64,000 bases of DNA from Octopus sinensis (Eukaryota). Positions 1 through 10,414 of the stretch are shown piece by piece (positions within the stretch are counted from its first letter, which is position 1; the number at the start of each line of letters is the position of its first letter). Below the pieces are notes generated by a model that was not told the origin of the DNA, did not search any database, and was given only the letters and a program-made list of their open reading frames with translations. The stretch spans positions 104,098,001-104,162,000 of the forward strand of contig NC_043006.1 in NCBI RefSeq assembly GCF_006345805.1, in the 5' to 3' direction. Position numbers and translations under genes: made by a program.

Positions 1-520
1 TAAGTGAAACATCGTTAGACGTTTCGCCCGGCGCGCTAACGTTACTGCCAGCTCGCGTGGTTCGGGGAAAAAAAATTTGTCTTCTAAGTATTTTCAATAA
101 AATCACTTAAAGGACAAAGTATTTTCGTAAGAGAACAATATTCAAAGTACTCTTCCTTATATCTCATCTAAAAGCTGAATGCATTGGTAAGTAAGAAAAA
201 AAAAGGGGGCGGGGTGAAGCATTTCCACAAGAACCAAAAGTGACCCGAAAAAGGGGATCTTGAAATAGGTGTTCTTATAAGTAAGCCTATACATAAAGAC
301 ATGCGTTTAATAAACAGAAAGATATGCAATTTTCGAATAATATTTCATAATATATTCAAATATCAGGTAATTAAGGAGAGAGATAAAAAAGGAGTAAAGG
401 AATAGGGGGAGGAGAAGGGAGAAGAAGGGGACGAGAAGAAAAAAGAAGATAAGAGTTAAGCTGAAAAAGAAGAAAGGATAAGCAAAAAAAAAGGAATCGA
501 GTGGAAGAAGAGAACATATG

Positions 521-810
521 GGAGCACTCCGTCGGTTGCGACGATGAGGGGGTCCCGGCTGATACGATCAACGGAACAGCTTGCTCGTGAAATTAACGTA
601 CAAGTGGCTGAGCACTCCACAGATACGTGTACCGTTAACGTAGTTCTCGGGGAGATTCAGCGTGACACAGAGTGGGACAAGTCTGGCCCTTTGAAATACA
701 GGTAATACTTATTTTTGCTAGCTGAGTGGACTGGAGTAACGTGAAATAAAATGCCTTGCTGAATGACACAATGCGTCACCGTGAATTGAACTCATGACCT
801 TACGATCGTG
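521..810 (-). mobile_element. SINE, type E (D-type head/CORE-like body + tail alpha), 5'-truncated
   Basis: Reverse complement gives a B-box-like GAGTTCAATTC, a body shared with 9419-9752 (gcaaggcattttatttcacgttactccagtccactcagct) and a tail shared with 14412-14600 (tcacgctgaatctccccgagaactacgttaa...accgacggagtgc). Confidence 0.85.
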
Positions 811-828
811 TCTTCATAATACACGCGC

Positions 829-949
829 ACACACATACGCACCCACACACATACGCACCCACACACATACGCACCCACACACATACGCACCCACACACAT
901 ACGCACCCACACACATACGCACCCACACACATACGCACCCACACACATA
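829..949. repeat. 16-bp minisatellite (acacacatacgcaccc) x ~7
   Basis: Direct reading of tandem units. Confidence 0.95.
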
Positions 950-991
950 TATATAATTGCATCTGAGAAGTGAAATGTATATCATGCGTTC

Positions 992-1241
992 TTTTACACT
1001 TTTACTTGCTTCAGTCATTTGGCTGCGGCCATGCTGGAGCACCGCCTTTAGTCGAGGAAATCGACCCCAGGACTTATTCTTTGCAAGCCTAGTACTTATT
1101 CTATCGGTCTCTTTTGTCGAACCGCTAAGTCACAGGGACGTAAACATGCCAGCATCGGTTGTCAAGCGACGTTGGGGGACAAACACAGACACACAAACAT
1201 ATACATACACACATACATAATACATATATACATACATATAT

Positions 1242-1282
<41 letters not shown>

Positions 1283-1437
1283 CGACCGGCTTTTTTCCGT
1301 CTCCGTCAACAAAATACACTCACAAGGCTTTGGTCAGCCCGATGCTATAGTAGAAGACACTTGCCCAAGGTATCACGCAGTAGGACTGAACCCGGAACCA
1401 TGTGGCTGGTAAGCAAGCTACTTACCACACAGCCACT
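992..1437 (-). mobile_element. SINE type B (tRNA-like head, CORE-like ccttgggcaagtgtctt, internal (AT/GT)n, tail ...gactgaaacaagtaaaagagt)
   Basis: Near-complete reverse copy of the family at 21549, 25469, 40417 and 48145/53588; A-box TGGCTGTGTGG and B-box GGTTCAGTCC. Confidence 0.92.
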
Positions 1438-2210
1438 ATATATATGTATATATATATATATATATATGCACACACATACACGTGGGTGTATGTGTGTGTG
1501 TTTATGTCCGGTCACGTGTGACTAACTGTATGTGGGTTCAGTCCTTGTACCTTCATTGGAGATTCTACATTTACATGGAGCAACTACAGCAGAACTTACA
1601 CGAAGAAACTGCCTACCACTTCAACCAACCAACCAACCAACCAACCAACCAACCAAACAAACAAACAACCAACAAACAAACCAATAAACCAACCAACCTA
1701 CCACCAAACCGATCGACCGACCCGCCCCTCCCATGAAACTGATCTAAAATTACCAAAACTACACGCAATACCATTGTCTCAAAACGCAATATCACACAAA
1801 TTTCGGTCTCGATCGTTTGAGAATAGTGCTATGAGTCACTAACGATATATATATATGTATATATACACATATATATAGCGAAAGAATAGGAACTGGTGTC
1901 GTATAAGACATACCCGAGGAGAAGAAAGAAACCGAAAAAAAGAATGAAAGAAAATAAAGAGAAATATTTTAGCCCACATAACATAGCACACCTTCATTAT
2001 TTTACTATTCTCTTTGATTGTGGAAGACGTTTTGACTCATGCCAAAAAGATATGTGTGTGTGTGTGTATACAGTAATACAAATGTACATAATGCACATAT
2101 ACATGTGTGTGTGTGTGTGTGCGTATGTGTGTGTGTGCATGTGTGTGTGTGCATGTATGTGTGTGTGTGTGTCTGTGTATACAGTCATACAAATGTACAT
2201 AATGCACATA

Positions 2211-2241
<31 letters not shown>

Positions 2242-2403
2242 ATCTATATATATACGCACACATATACATTCAAAGGTACACATCATATGTACATATATAC
2301 ACAGACATATATATATGCGATGCGTGTTGGGGGTGTTTAAGATGCCTTTAGATGTGCATATACGTAAATGGATAATGGTTACTCATATAACAGTGTTTAG
2401 ATT

Positions 2404-2436
<33 letters not shown>

Positions 2437-2943
2437 GGCGGTGCCCCAGCATGGCCACAGCTTGTGAGCTGAAACTAGATAAAAATAAAAAAAAATAAAA
2501 TACATACACACACACACACATACGCGCCCCTTCCCCCACATATATATGTATATACGTTTATTCTTCCATTCATCATGCGCGCGCACACACACACACAAAT
2601 GTCCTAATACTTTTTATTCGTCCATTGTTCATGAAACAGTGAACACGAAAACCACTCCGTTCCTTTTTCCTTTTATATTTTCATAAGTTTCTCAAAGCAT
2701 TTAACATTGATACTATTACAATTCAAATGCGTGTTTTATATTTATAAACAGTCCGTCTCTATTATTTGAATATCAAATATAGGCTTCTGCACAAGTGAAT
2801 GCACTGGAGTCCATTAGTAGTCATTGAAGGTAAGTATCTGCATATAGAGACCCAAGTTGGGCCGCTATACACGTGAGGCCTTCGAGCAATTGCCCACTGT
2901 GCCTATGTCTTAGGAGGCTACTGTGTGTTTATATGCGTGCGAT

Positions 2944-3455
2944 GTGGAGGCGCAATGGCCCAGTGGTTAGGGTAGCGGACTCGCGGTCGTAGGATCGCGG
3001 TTTCGATTCCCAGACCGGGCATTATGAGTGTTTATTGAGCGAAAACACATAAAGCTCCACGAGGCTCCAACAGGGGGTGGTGGTGAACCCTGTTGTACTC
3101 TTTCACCAAAACTTTCTCTCACTCTTTCTTCCTGTTTGTGTTGTACCTGTATTTGAAAGGGCCAGCCTTGTCACACTCTGTGTTACGCTGAATCTCCTCG
3201 AGAACTACGTTAAGGGTACACGTGTCTGTGGAGTGCTCAGCCACTTGCACGTTAATAAATGAGCTGCGACGTCACTGGTGCCAAGCTGTGTCGGCCCCTT
3301 TGCCTTTCCCTTGGATAACATCGGTGGCGTGGATAGGGGAGGCCGGTATGCGTGGGCGACTGCTGGTCTTCCATAAACAACCTTGCCCAAGCTTGTACCT
3401 CGGAGGGTTACTTTCTAGGCGCAATTCCATGGTCATTTCATGACTGAAGGAGGTC
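2944..3455 (+). mobile_element. Chimeric SINE: type C head/body/tail alpha (2944-~3256) joined to type D 3' half (~3257-3455)
   Basis: Head ggaggcgcaatggcccagtggttaggg...gtttcgattccc; the 3' part aligns by eye with 9557-9752. Confidence 0.85.
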
Positions 3456-3509
3456 ACAATATGCGTGCGATGGTGTGTAGGAGAGCGCGAGAGCACGAGA
3501 GAAAGAAAG

Positions 3510-3725
3510 AGGGAGAGAGAGCATGTTTGTGCGAATGTGTGTGTGTATTTATGCAAATGTGTGTGCGTGTGTGTGGTTTATGCAAATGTGTGTGCGTGTG
3601 TGTGTGTGTTTATGCAAATGTGTGTGTGCGTGTGTGTGTGTTTATGCAAATGTGTGTGTGTGTGTGTGTGTGTTTATGCAAATGTGTGTGCGTGTGTGTG
3701 TGTTTATGCAAATGTGTGTGTGTGT
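3510..3725. repeat. GT-derived minisatellite (gtgtgtgtttatgcaaat...) x ~7
   Basis: The motif tttatgcaaatgtgtgtg recurs about every 26-32 bp. Confidence 0.9.
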
Positions 3726-3991
3726 GGGTGGGTGCGTGCGTGTTTGTGCGTCTCCATAGTTCTGCGGTGTGTGTGTTCGTGGTTTTCAGGCATTGTTTCG
3801 CGATCTCTGTTCCTGAATCTGCCACGTTACAATCGCCGAAGTGTGAAAGGAGTTCTACCACTCTAGTGAATGTCACATTATCAGAGCATTTTAAATATAG
3901 GTTAGTCTATTTTTCTTGCGTAAATGAGAAAAGCAAATAAAATATATTCACCTTTAATATTTTTTCATTTTTTTTATTGGAATAAGGAATA

Positions 3992-5520
3992 AAGGCGGTG
4001 GGGCGGGCAGAGTAGTTAGCACGCCGGGCAAAATGTTTAGCGACATATCGTTCGTCTTTATGCTTTGAGCTCAAATTCCCCTGCAGCAGGCTTTGCATTT
4101 CATTCTTTCGGGGTCGATTAAATAAGTACCAGTGATTCACTGGGGACAATGTAATCGACTTAACCTCTCCCCAGAAAGGATCTTTTCGGTTTGAACGGCA
4201 GTTTTTTCCAGTGATGTCATATGAAATTGTCACCCATAATTATGACCCTAGTTTCGATCTAATGCATTTCAATCTGTTTTAGGAGTAGGGTTAGTTAGGG
4301 TTAGGGATGGGGAAAGGGTATCTTTTTTCTTCAGAAATATAAATAAACCCAATTTGTTTCTTAAACTAGGGACATATTCATACGGCACAGAATGTTTTCA
4401 CCTCAATAGACAGTCATTGATTGGTTGAAATTACAGAAATTGAAGAAAAAACAACAAATATCTTACAAACTATAGAATTTTCTCAATAAAGCCAAGAGAA
4501 AAAGATGTTTCATAAACACATTCTACCAGTATACGAAGTTTAAAAGTGTTTAGTTACGTGTAAATTATTTTAAAAAACTGCCGTTCAAACCGAAAAGATC
4601 CCCCCGAAATTTCTTGCATTGTGCTAAAAGAAGGCATTGTTCTGGCAGAACTTTTAGCACGCCGGGAAAATGCTTAGCGGCGTTTCGACCGTTTTTATGT
4701 TCTGAGCTAAAGTTCCGCCGAGGTCCACTTTGTCTTTCAGTCATTCGAGTCGAAACATTAAGTTCCAGTGAAACACTGGGGTAATTGACTCGTCCCCTAC
4801 CCCCAAATTTCAGGCCTTGTGCCTTTAATAGAAAATATTATTATAATAGGAAGGTAGCGAGCTGGCAGAATCGTTAGCACACTGGTCAAAATGCTTAGCG
4901 GCATTTTCGTGCGTCTTTATGTCCTGAGTTCAAATTCGGTTTTATCTTTCTGAGCTCAAGGTCGGTTTTATCTTTCTGAGCTCAAGGTCGGTTTTATCTT
5001 TCTGAGCGCAAGGTCGGTTTTATCTTTCACTGTTTCACAGTCAATAAAATAAATAATACTTGTGTACTGGGGTGAATGTAATCGACTAGACCCTACCCTT
5101 AAAAAGTTTCAGGTCTTGTGCCAATAGTAGAAAGGATTATTAGAATAAAAAAGACAACGAGCTGGAAGACCCAGTTGCACGCCGGACAAAATGCTTAGCG
5201 GCATTTCTTTCGACCTTACATTCTGTGTACAAATTTCACCAAGGTTGACTTTTATCAACCCAGAGTAGAAGAAAGGTAATGTCGACTTCATGGGAATTTG
5301 AACTCAGAACGTAAAGACGGACGAAATATCGGTATGCATACGATTCTGCCAGTTCGCTGCCTTCCTCATTCTAATAATCCGTTCTAGTAAAGTCGCAAGG
5401 CCTAAAAATTTCGGAGAAGGGACTAGTTAATTACATCATCCCTAGTGTTTCCCTGGTACTTAATTTATCGACCCCCAGTTTTGTACTACTGTCGTCGTAA
5501 TCGATTAGCCCCCTCCTCCA
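3992..5520 (+). mobile_element. Cluster of at least 4 type A SINEs with tail type 2, mostly head-to-tail, the last pieces inverted
   Basis: Repeated heads (ggc..gagctggcagaa..gttagcacgccggg) at ~3992, 4631, 4851 and 5153; body gcctttcatcctttcggggtcgat..aagtaccag; tails ccccaaatttcaggccttgtgcc..tagaaaggattatt. Confidence 0.85.
4178..4601. mobile_element. MITE, 424 bp, perfect 30-bp TIRs, inserted in a SINE tail
   Basis: TIR ggatcttttcggtttgaacggcagtttttt (4178-4207) and its reverse complement (4572-4601); flanks ccccagaaa / ccccgaaa (8-9 bp imperfect TSD). Confidence 0.92.
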
Positions 5521-5692
5521 TCAAATCAAAGAAATTTCCTAGTACGCCTTGTGTCTGTGGCAGAAAGAACTGTTAGAAGTAAGGATAACAGTGAGAAGGT
5601 AAAATCGTTTGAGTGTCTGAAAAACTGATTTGTATTTGAGCCATTCCATTTCATTCTGAGCTGAAAATGTATCGAGATCAACTTTGTCATAT

Positions 5693-5724
<32 letters not shown>

Positions 5725-5890
5725 AGGAGAATTCACAAAAAAAAAAAACAAAAGACGAAGACAGTTGGTGCAGACAACAAACAGATGTATTAGTTTAACG
5801 ATCGGGAAGTGAAAAAGTCTTCAACGTTTCGAGCCTACGCACCTCCACAGAAAAGAACACAGAAAGAAACAAGGAGAGAAAATAAAGAAA
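5725..5890 (-). mobile_element. Penelope-like non-autonomous element terminus with hammerhead-like motif (copy 1 of 4)
   Basis: Shares acgtttcgagcctacgc..cagaaa and aaacagatgtattagt with 7535, 10415 and 44777; flanked by (AT)n. Confidence 0.65.
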
Positions 5891-5899
5891 GTATATGTC

Positions 5900-5936
<37 letters not shown>

Positions 5937-6404
5937 CTGTCCATTGATATTAAGTAGCAGCCATGCAATGGGACCGTTAGTCTCAGCTAACATACCCGCC
6001 TTTAGAATTATTGGCCTTTAATATTTAAAAATCGTTATATTATATTTACGTTTTAATTATTCTTTCTTCTTAAGGGAAATTAACTTATAACGATGTCTGC
6101 CGCGTGATAGGATTCGATACATTCAGAGAAGACGTGTGTAGAAACCAGTTTTGCAGACAGACGTAATATGGCTGATAAAAAAAAGCAAAATTATTTTTCT
6201 GGATTCATGCATACACATCAACGTATTAATCTTTAATTCCAGCAGACTGAAACTTCAAAGTCACTATCAACATTTGCTTTGTGAATATTAATTTAAACGC
6301 ATTCTACTGAAAAGTACTGGCCAGCCGCGCAGTCCAATATTAGATTGTTTTATGTATGAATTCTCATGAAAACAAACATTGATATATATATATATATAAT
6401 ATAT

Positions 6405-6440
<36 letters not shown>

Positions 6441-6753
6441 CGTGTGTGTGTGTGTGTTTGTACACACAGACACACACTCACATTCACAGGCATACGTGTA
6501 TCTGCCTTTTTAAGACGTTAGCCAAATGCAAATGAAACTACAAACGACAGTTCATATTATGTGGTATTTTTTATGGCTTTATCATATACTGTTATCCTTT
6601 AATGATGACGTTCAGAAGACAGATACAGTCTGCTTATAGATATAAAACAAGTCCGAAGTATTAAAATATTTATAGCTTCATTTGCATTTGAGCAGTTTCT
6701 TAAGACTTATTTTAAAATTCTTCAGCGCTTTATACACATACACATACATATAC

Positions 6754-6829
<76 letters not shown>

Positions 6830-6830
6830 G

Positions 6831-6877
<47 letters not shown>

Positions 6878-7077
6878 TATACATATGCATACACACAAAC
6901 ACACCCACACACACCCACACACACATACATATATATATATTCATTTATACATGTACACACACAAAAGCGAATGTTTAGTAAATACAGGTATTTTAGTCTT
7001 CTATTATAATTATAATGTTGACAATAGAATGAAACAGATTGTTCGAGTCTGCGAAGAGAACTCCATTATTTAGTAGC

Positions 7078-7290
7078 ATACAAATGTGGCAAACTGGCAA
7101 AATCGTTAGCACGCCGGCCAAAATGTTCAGCAGCATTTTCGTTCGTCCTTAAGTTCTGAGTAATATTTTGCCGAAGTTCACTTAGTATTTCATCCTTTCT
7201 GAACCAATAAAATAAGCCCCAGTTGAGCAATGAATTCAATCTAATCAACTCCCTCCCTCCCTCGAAATTCTTGGCCTTTTACCAAAATTT
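7078..7290 (+). mobile_element. SINE type A, tail type 2
   Basis: tggcaaactggcaaaatcgttagcacgccgg...ttctgagt...ccttttaccaaaatttgaagc. Confidence 0.8.
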
Positions 7291-7302
7291 GAAGCAATCA
7301 TT

Positions 7303-7528
7303 GGATCTTTACTTTTTGACCGACAGATTAAAAAAAAACATTTTATTATAACTAAACACTTTCAAACTTCGGACACTGGTAGAATGTGTCATATAAAACA
7401 TCTTTTACTCTTAGCATTTTTGAGAAAAACTTATATTTACGAAGTTATTTAACGTGAAAGTTGTCCTATTTCGGTAATTTCAACCAATCAATGACGTGTA
7501 TTCAGCTGAATAAAATTACTGCCGTTAA
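7303..7528. mobile_element. Diverged relative of the 4178-4601 MITE
   Basis: Starts ggatctt; internal aactaaacactttcaaacttcggacactggtagaatgtgt and aatttcaaccaatcaatgac match the reverse complement of 4420-4560. Confidence 0.7.
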
Positions 7529-7534
7529 GCAAAA

Positions 7535-7640
7535 TCAAACAGATGTATTAGTATAACGCTCAGGAATAGAAAAATGTCTTTTACGTTTCGAGCCTACGCT
7601 CTTCTACAGAAACAAGGAGAGAAAAAATATATATTAAACG
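7535..7640 (-). mobile_element. Penelope-like terminus with hammerhead-like motif (copy 2)
   Basis: Reverse complement of 7577-7613 reads ttt CTGTAGA A GAGC GTAG GCTC GAAAC GTA AAAGA. Confidence 0.65.
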
Positions 7641-7664
7641 ACTTCCATCCGGCCCATACTCCCC

Positions 7665-8235
7665 GTGAGATCTCATTTTCGATATCTCGGCATATATTCA
7701 CTTTCTGTCCCAGGTATTCCTTTACCTCCTCTATTTCATGTGCTCAAGGGATGGTTGGACAGGTCCACCCGCGCAAACCTCATCAATAGCATAGTTCTAC
7801 CTGCAATGTTATATGGTAGTGAAACATGGGCTACAACAATGAGAGAAGATCAAAGATTGGTAACGGCTCGAGGATCCAATGAGAGGTCAATGCTTGGAAT
7901 CTCGTTGAGAGAGCACATCAGTAGCGAGGTCATGAGAGAGAGGTCCGGCGTGAGGGATGTCATCATAGAGTATACACGAAGCAAGTTTAGATGGGCTGGA
8001 CACGTCGCCCGGCTCACCGATAATCGGTCAACCCGCGCAGTTGTCGAGTGGTATCCGCACGAGCGGAAACAAACACTCGGAAGGCCTCCACGACGGTGGA
8101 GTTACGATTTCAGGAGGGCGATTGGGATCACGTGGATGAGAAAGGCACGATCCAGAGGGGAGGGGACAGCGTGCTGTGACCAGCGGTGTCAAATGGACGC
8201 CTGACGGACTGGTCGGGCTAGGTGATCAAGGTGAT
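7665..8235 (+). mobile_element. RTE-clade LINE, 5'-truncated 3' end (C-terminal ORF remnant + short 3' UTR)
   Basis: ORF 7665-8204 contains LPAMLYGSETW, FRWAGHVAR and GRPPRRW, which are RTE C-terminal motifs; ends with an (ggtgatcaa)-type tail into (AT)n. Confidence 0.9.
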
Positions 8236-8271
8236 ATATGTATATATTTATATGTATGTATATTATAATAT

Positions 8272-8314
<43 letters not shown>

Positions 8315-8321
<7 letters not shown>

Positions 8322-8491
8322 TTAATTAGAGACAAAACCACTATTATGCAAATCAAACAAAGAAAGACTTATGTTTGATTTGCATAATAGTGGTTTTGTC
8401 TCTAATTAAATATAATATAATATTTTACTATAAATTGGATTCAATCCTAAATCTGATTTTTCCCTGTAAATTTGGATTTATTCCCTAATAT
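8315..8491. mobile_element. Palindromic element (hairpin 8315-8416 + unique extension), same family as 59707-60070
   Basis: Perfect arms attagagacaaaaccactattatgcaaatcaaaca / tgtttgatttgcataatagtggttttgtctctaat; the extension ttttccctgtaaatttggatttattccctaata matches the reverse complement of 59707-59735. Confidence 0.85.
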
Positions 8492-8498
8492 TTATTAT

Positions 8499-8546
<48 letters not shown>

Positions 8547-8598
8547 CTATATATATATACATATATATATGTGTATGTATACATATATATATGTGTAT

Positions 8599-8636
<38 letters not shown>

Positions 8637-8682
8637 TGTATATATACGTATATATATATGTATATATATATATGCATGTATA

Positions 8683-9078
8683 TATAATTAAACATAATTA
8701 TAATTAGGGGTCAGCTAATTGGTTCACCACATGCCGAATTTAGAAGTAGGAGTTTAAAATTCCTTCGTAAGAATCTTCCGGACAGTAACACGCTTTTTTA
8801 CGTAGGCAAAGAGAAAAACGATGAATCAACACGACTTCGATTAGCTACACTGATGACGGAAAGTAAGTTAATTAAATATTTTAATCTCGAAACGCGTCTG
8901 TGGCTAATCGAAGTCGTGTTGATTCATTATTTTTCCCTCTGCCTACGTAAAAAAAATGTGTTGCTATCTGGGAGATACTTATGGTAGTAAAAAAAGCAAT
9001 TTTTAACTCCTATTTCTAAGTTCGGTGTGTAGTGAAACAATTAGCTGACCCCTAATTATAATTATGCTTATAATTATA
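8683..9078. mobile_element. ~396-bp imperfect palindrome (foldback/Penelope-derived) with a hammerhead core at its apex
   Basis: Arms pair from cataattataattaggggtcagctaatt to aattagctgacccctaattataattatg; the apex is non-palindromic. Confidence 0.9.
8838..8910 (+). ncRNA. Putative type I minimal hammerhead ribozyme
   Basis: Stem I cgattagctaca/tgtggctaatcg; CTGATGA 8850-8856; GAAAC 8889-8893; GC; GTC cleavage triplet 8896-8898; stem II imperfect. Confidence 0.7.
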
Positions 9079-9101
9079 AATACATATATATATATGTATG
9101 T

Positions 9102-9203
<102 letters not shown>

Positions 9204-9418
9204 GTGTGTGTATATATATATATATGTATATATATATATGTATATATAATATATATATATATATCATATATATATATATATACATATACATAATATTATA
9301 TGTGTATATATATATGTATATATGTATATATAAGTATATATGTATATATATACATATATATATGTATATATATATACATATATATATATGTATATATATA
9401 TGTAGATATATATATAGA

Positions 9419-9752
9419 GTGAAGGCGCATGGCTCAGTGGTTAGAGCGTCGAGCTTACGATCGTGAGGTTGTGAGCTCGAATCCCGGACCGGGCTGCGTG
9501 TTGTGTTCTCGAGCAAGACACTTTATTTCACGTTGCTCCAGTTCACTCAACTGTAGAAATGAGTTGCGACGTCACTGGTGCCAAGCTGTATCGACCTTTG
9601 TCTTTCCCTTGGATAACACACTGGTGGCGTGGAGAGGGGAGGCTGGTATGCATGGCGACTGCTGGTCTTCCATAAACACCTTGCCCGGACTTGTGTCTAG
9701 GAGGGTAACTTTCTAGGTGCAATCCCATGGTCATTCATGACCGAAGGGGGTC
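9419..9752 (+). mobile_element. SINE type D (tRNA-derived head, CORE-like body, tail beta)
   Basis: A-box TGGCTCAGTGG, B-box-like GAGCTCGAATCCC, body gtgttctcgagcaagacactttatttcacg. Confidence 0.9.
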
Positions 9753-10058
9753 CTAATATATATTATATATATATATATATATATAATATATTTATATACA
9801 TATATATATATTTTTTTCTAGTTTCAACTCAGAGCTGCGGCCATGCTGATGCACCGCCGTTTTGTTGTGCTACACTGTTATTACGATGAACCTCGTCTAT
9901 ATGTGGCATTTGGTGAAGAATGGAGTTGATACAGCTATATATATATATATATATAATATATATATAATATATATATATATATTATATGATTGATTGATTG
10001 GAATGATTCTAGTTTCAGCTTTATGAGCTGGTGGCCATGCTGGGGCAATATATACATT

Positions 10059-10089
<31 letters not shown>

Positions 10090-10414
10090 TTTTGTGTACA
10101 TATATATAGAGTGCTTTTGTGTGCATATGTGTGTGTGTGTGTGTGTGTGTGTTTATATCTGTTATCTTTCGTTAATTCATTAGACTGATACGCCACTATG
10201 AAAGATTTTAGTCGAACGAATCGCCCCCAGTGCTTAATTTTTACGTCTGGTAACAATTCTATCGATCTTTTGTGCCGAATCGCAAAGTGCGGGAACGCAA
10301 ACACACCAACACTATCAAGCAATGTATTAATATGACGCCCGGTGGAAGGAAAAGAGTAGTTGCTTAATATTTCAAGCATAGCTCTTCTTCGGAAACAGGA
10401 ATATATATATATAT

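Noticed and set aside
2780-2836. Strong splice donor gaag|gtaagt suggesting a small exon
   Set aside because: All three frames from the nearest AG acceptor contain stops, and no other exon supports it.
2944-3016. tRNA-like sequences (also 9419, 48145, 62692)
   Set aside because: They continue directly into repeated SINE bodies and lack a proper acceptor stem, so they are SINE heads, not tRNA genes.
6682-6978. Many long ORFs rich in YI, CV, HT, poly-M, poly-S or poly-I (for example 6682, 17767, 17996, 18721, 20200, 46878)
   Set aside because: They are translations of (AT)n, (GT)n, (GAT)n and similar microsatellites and have no domain content.
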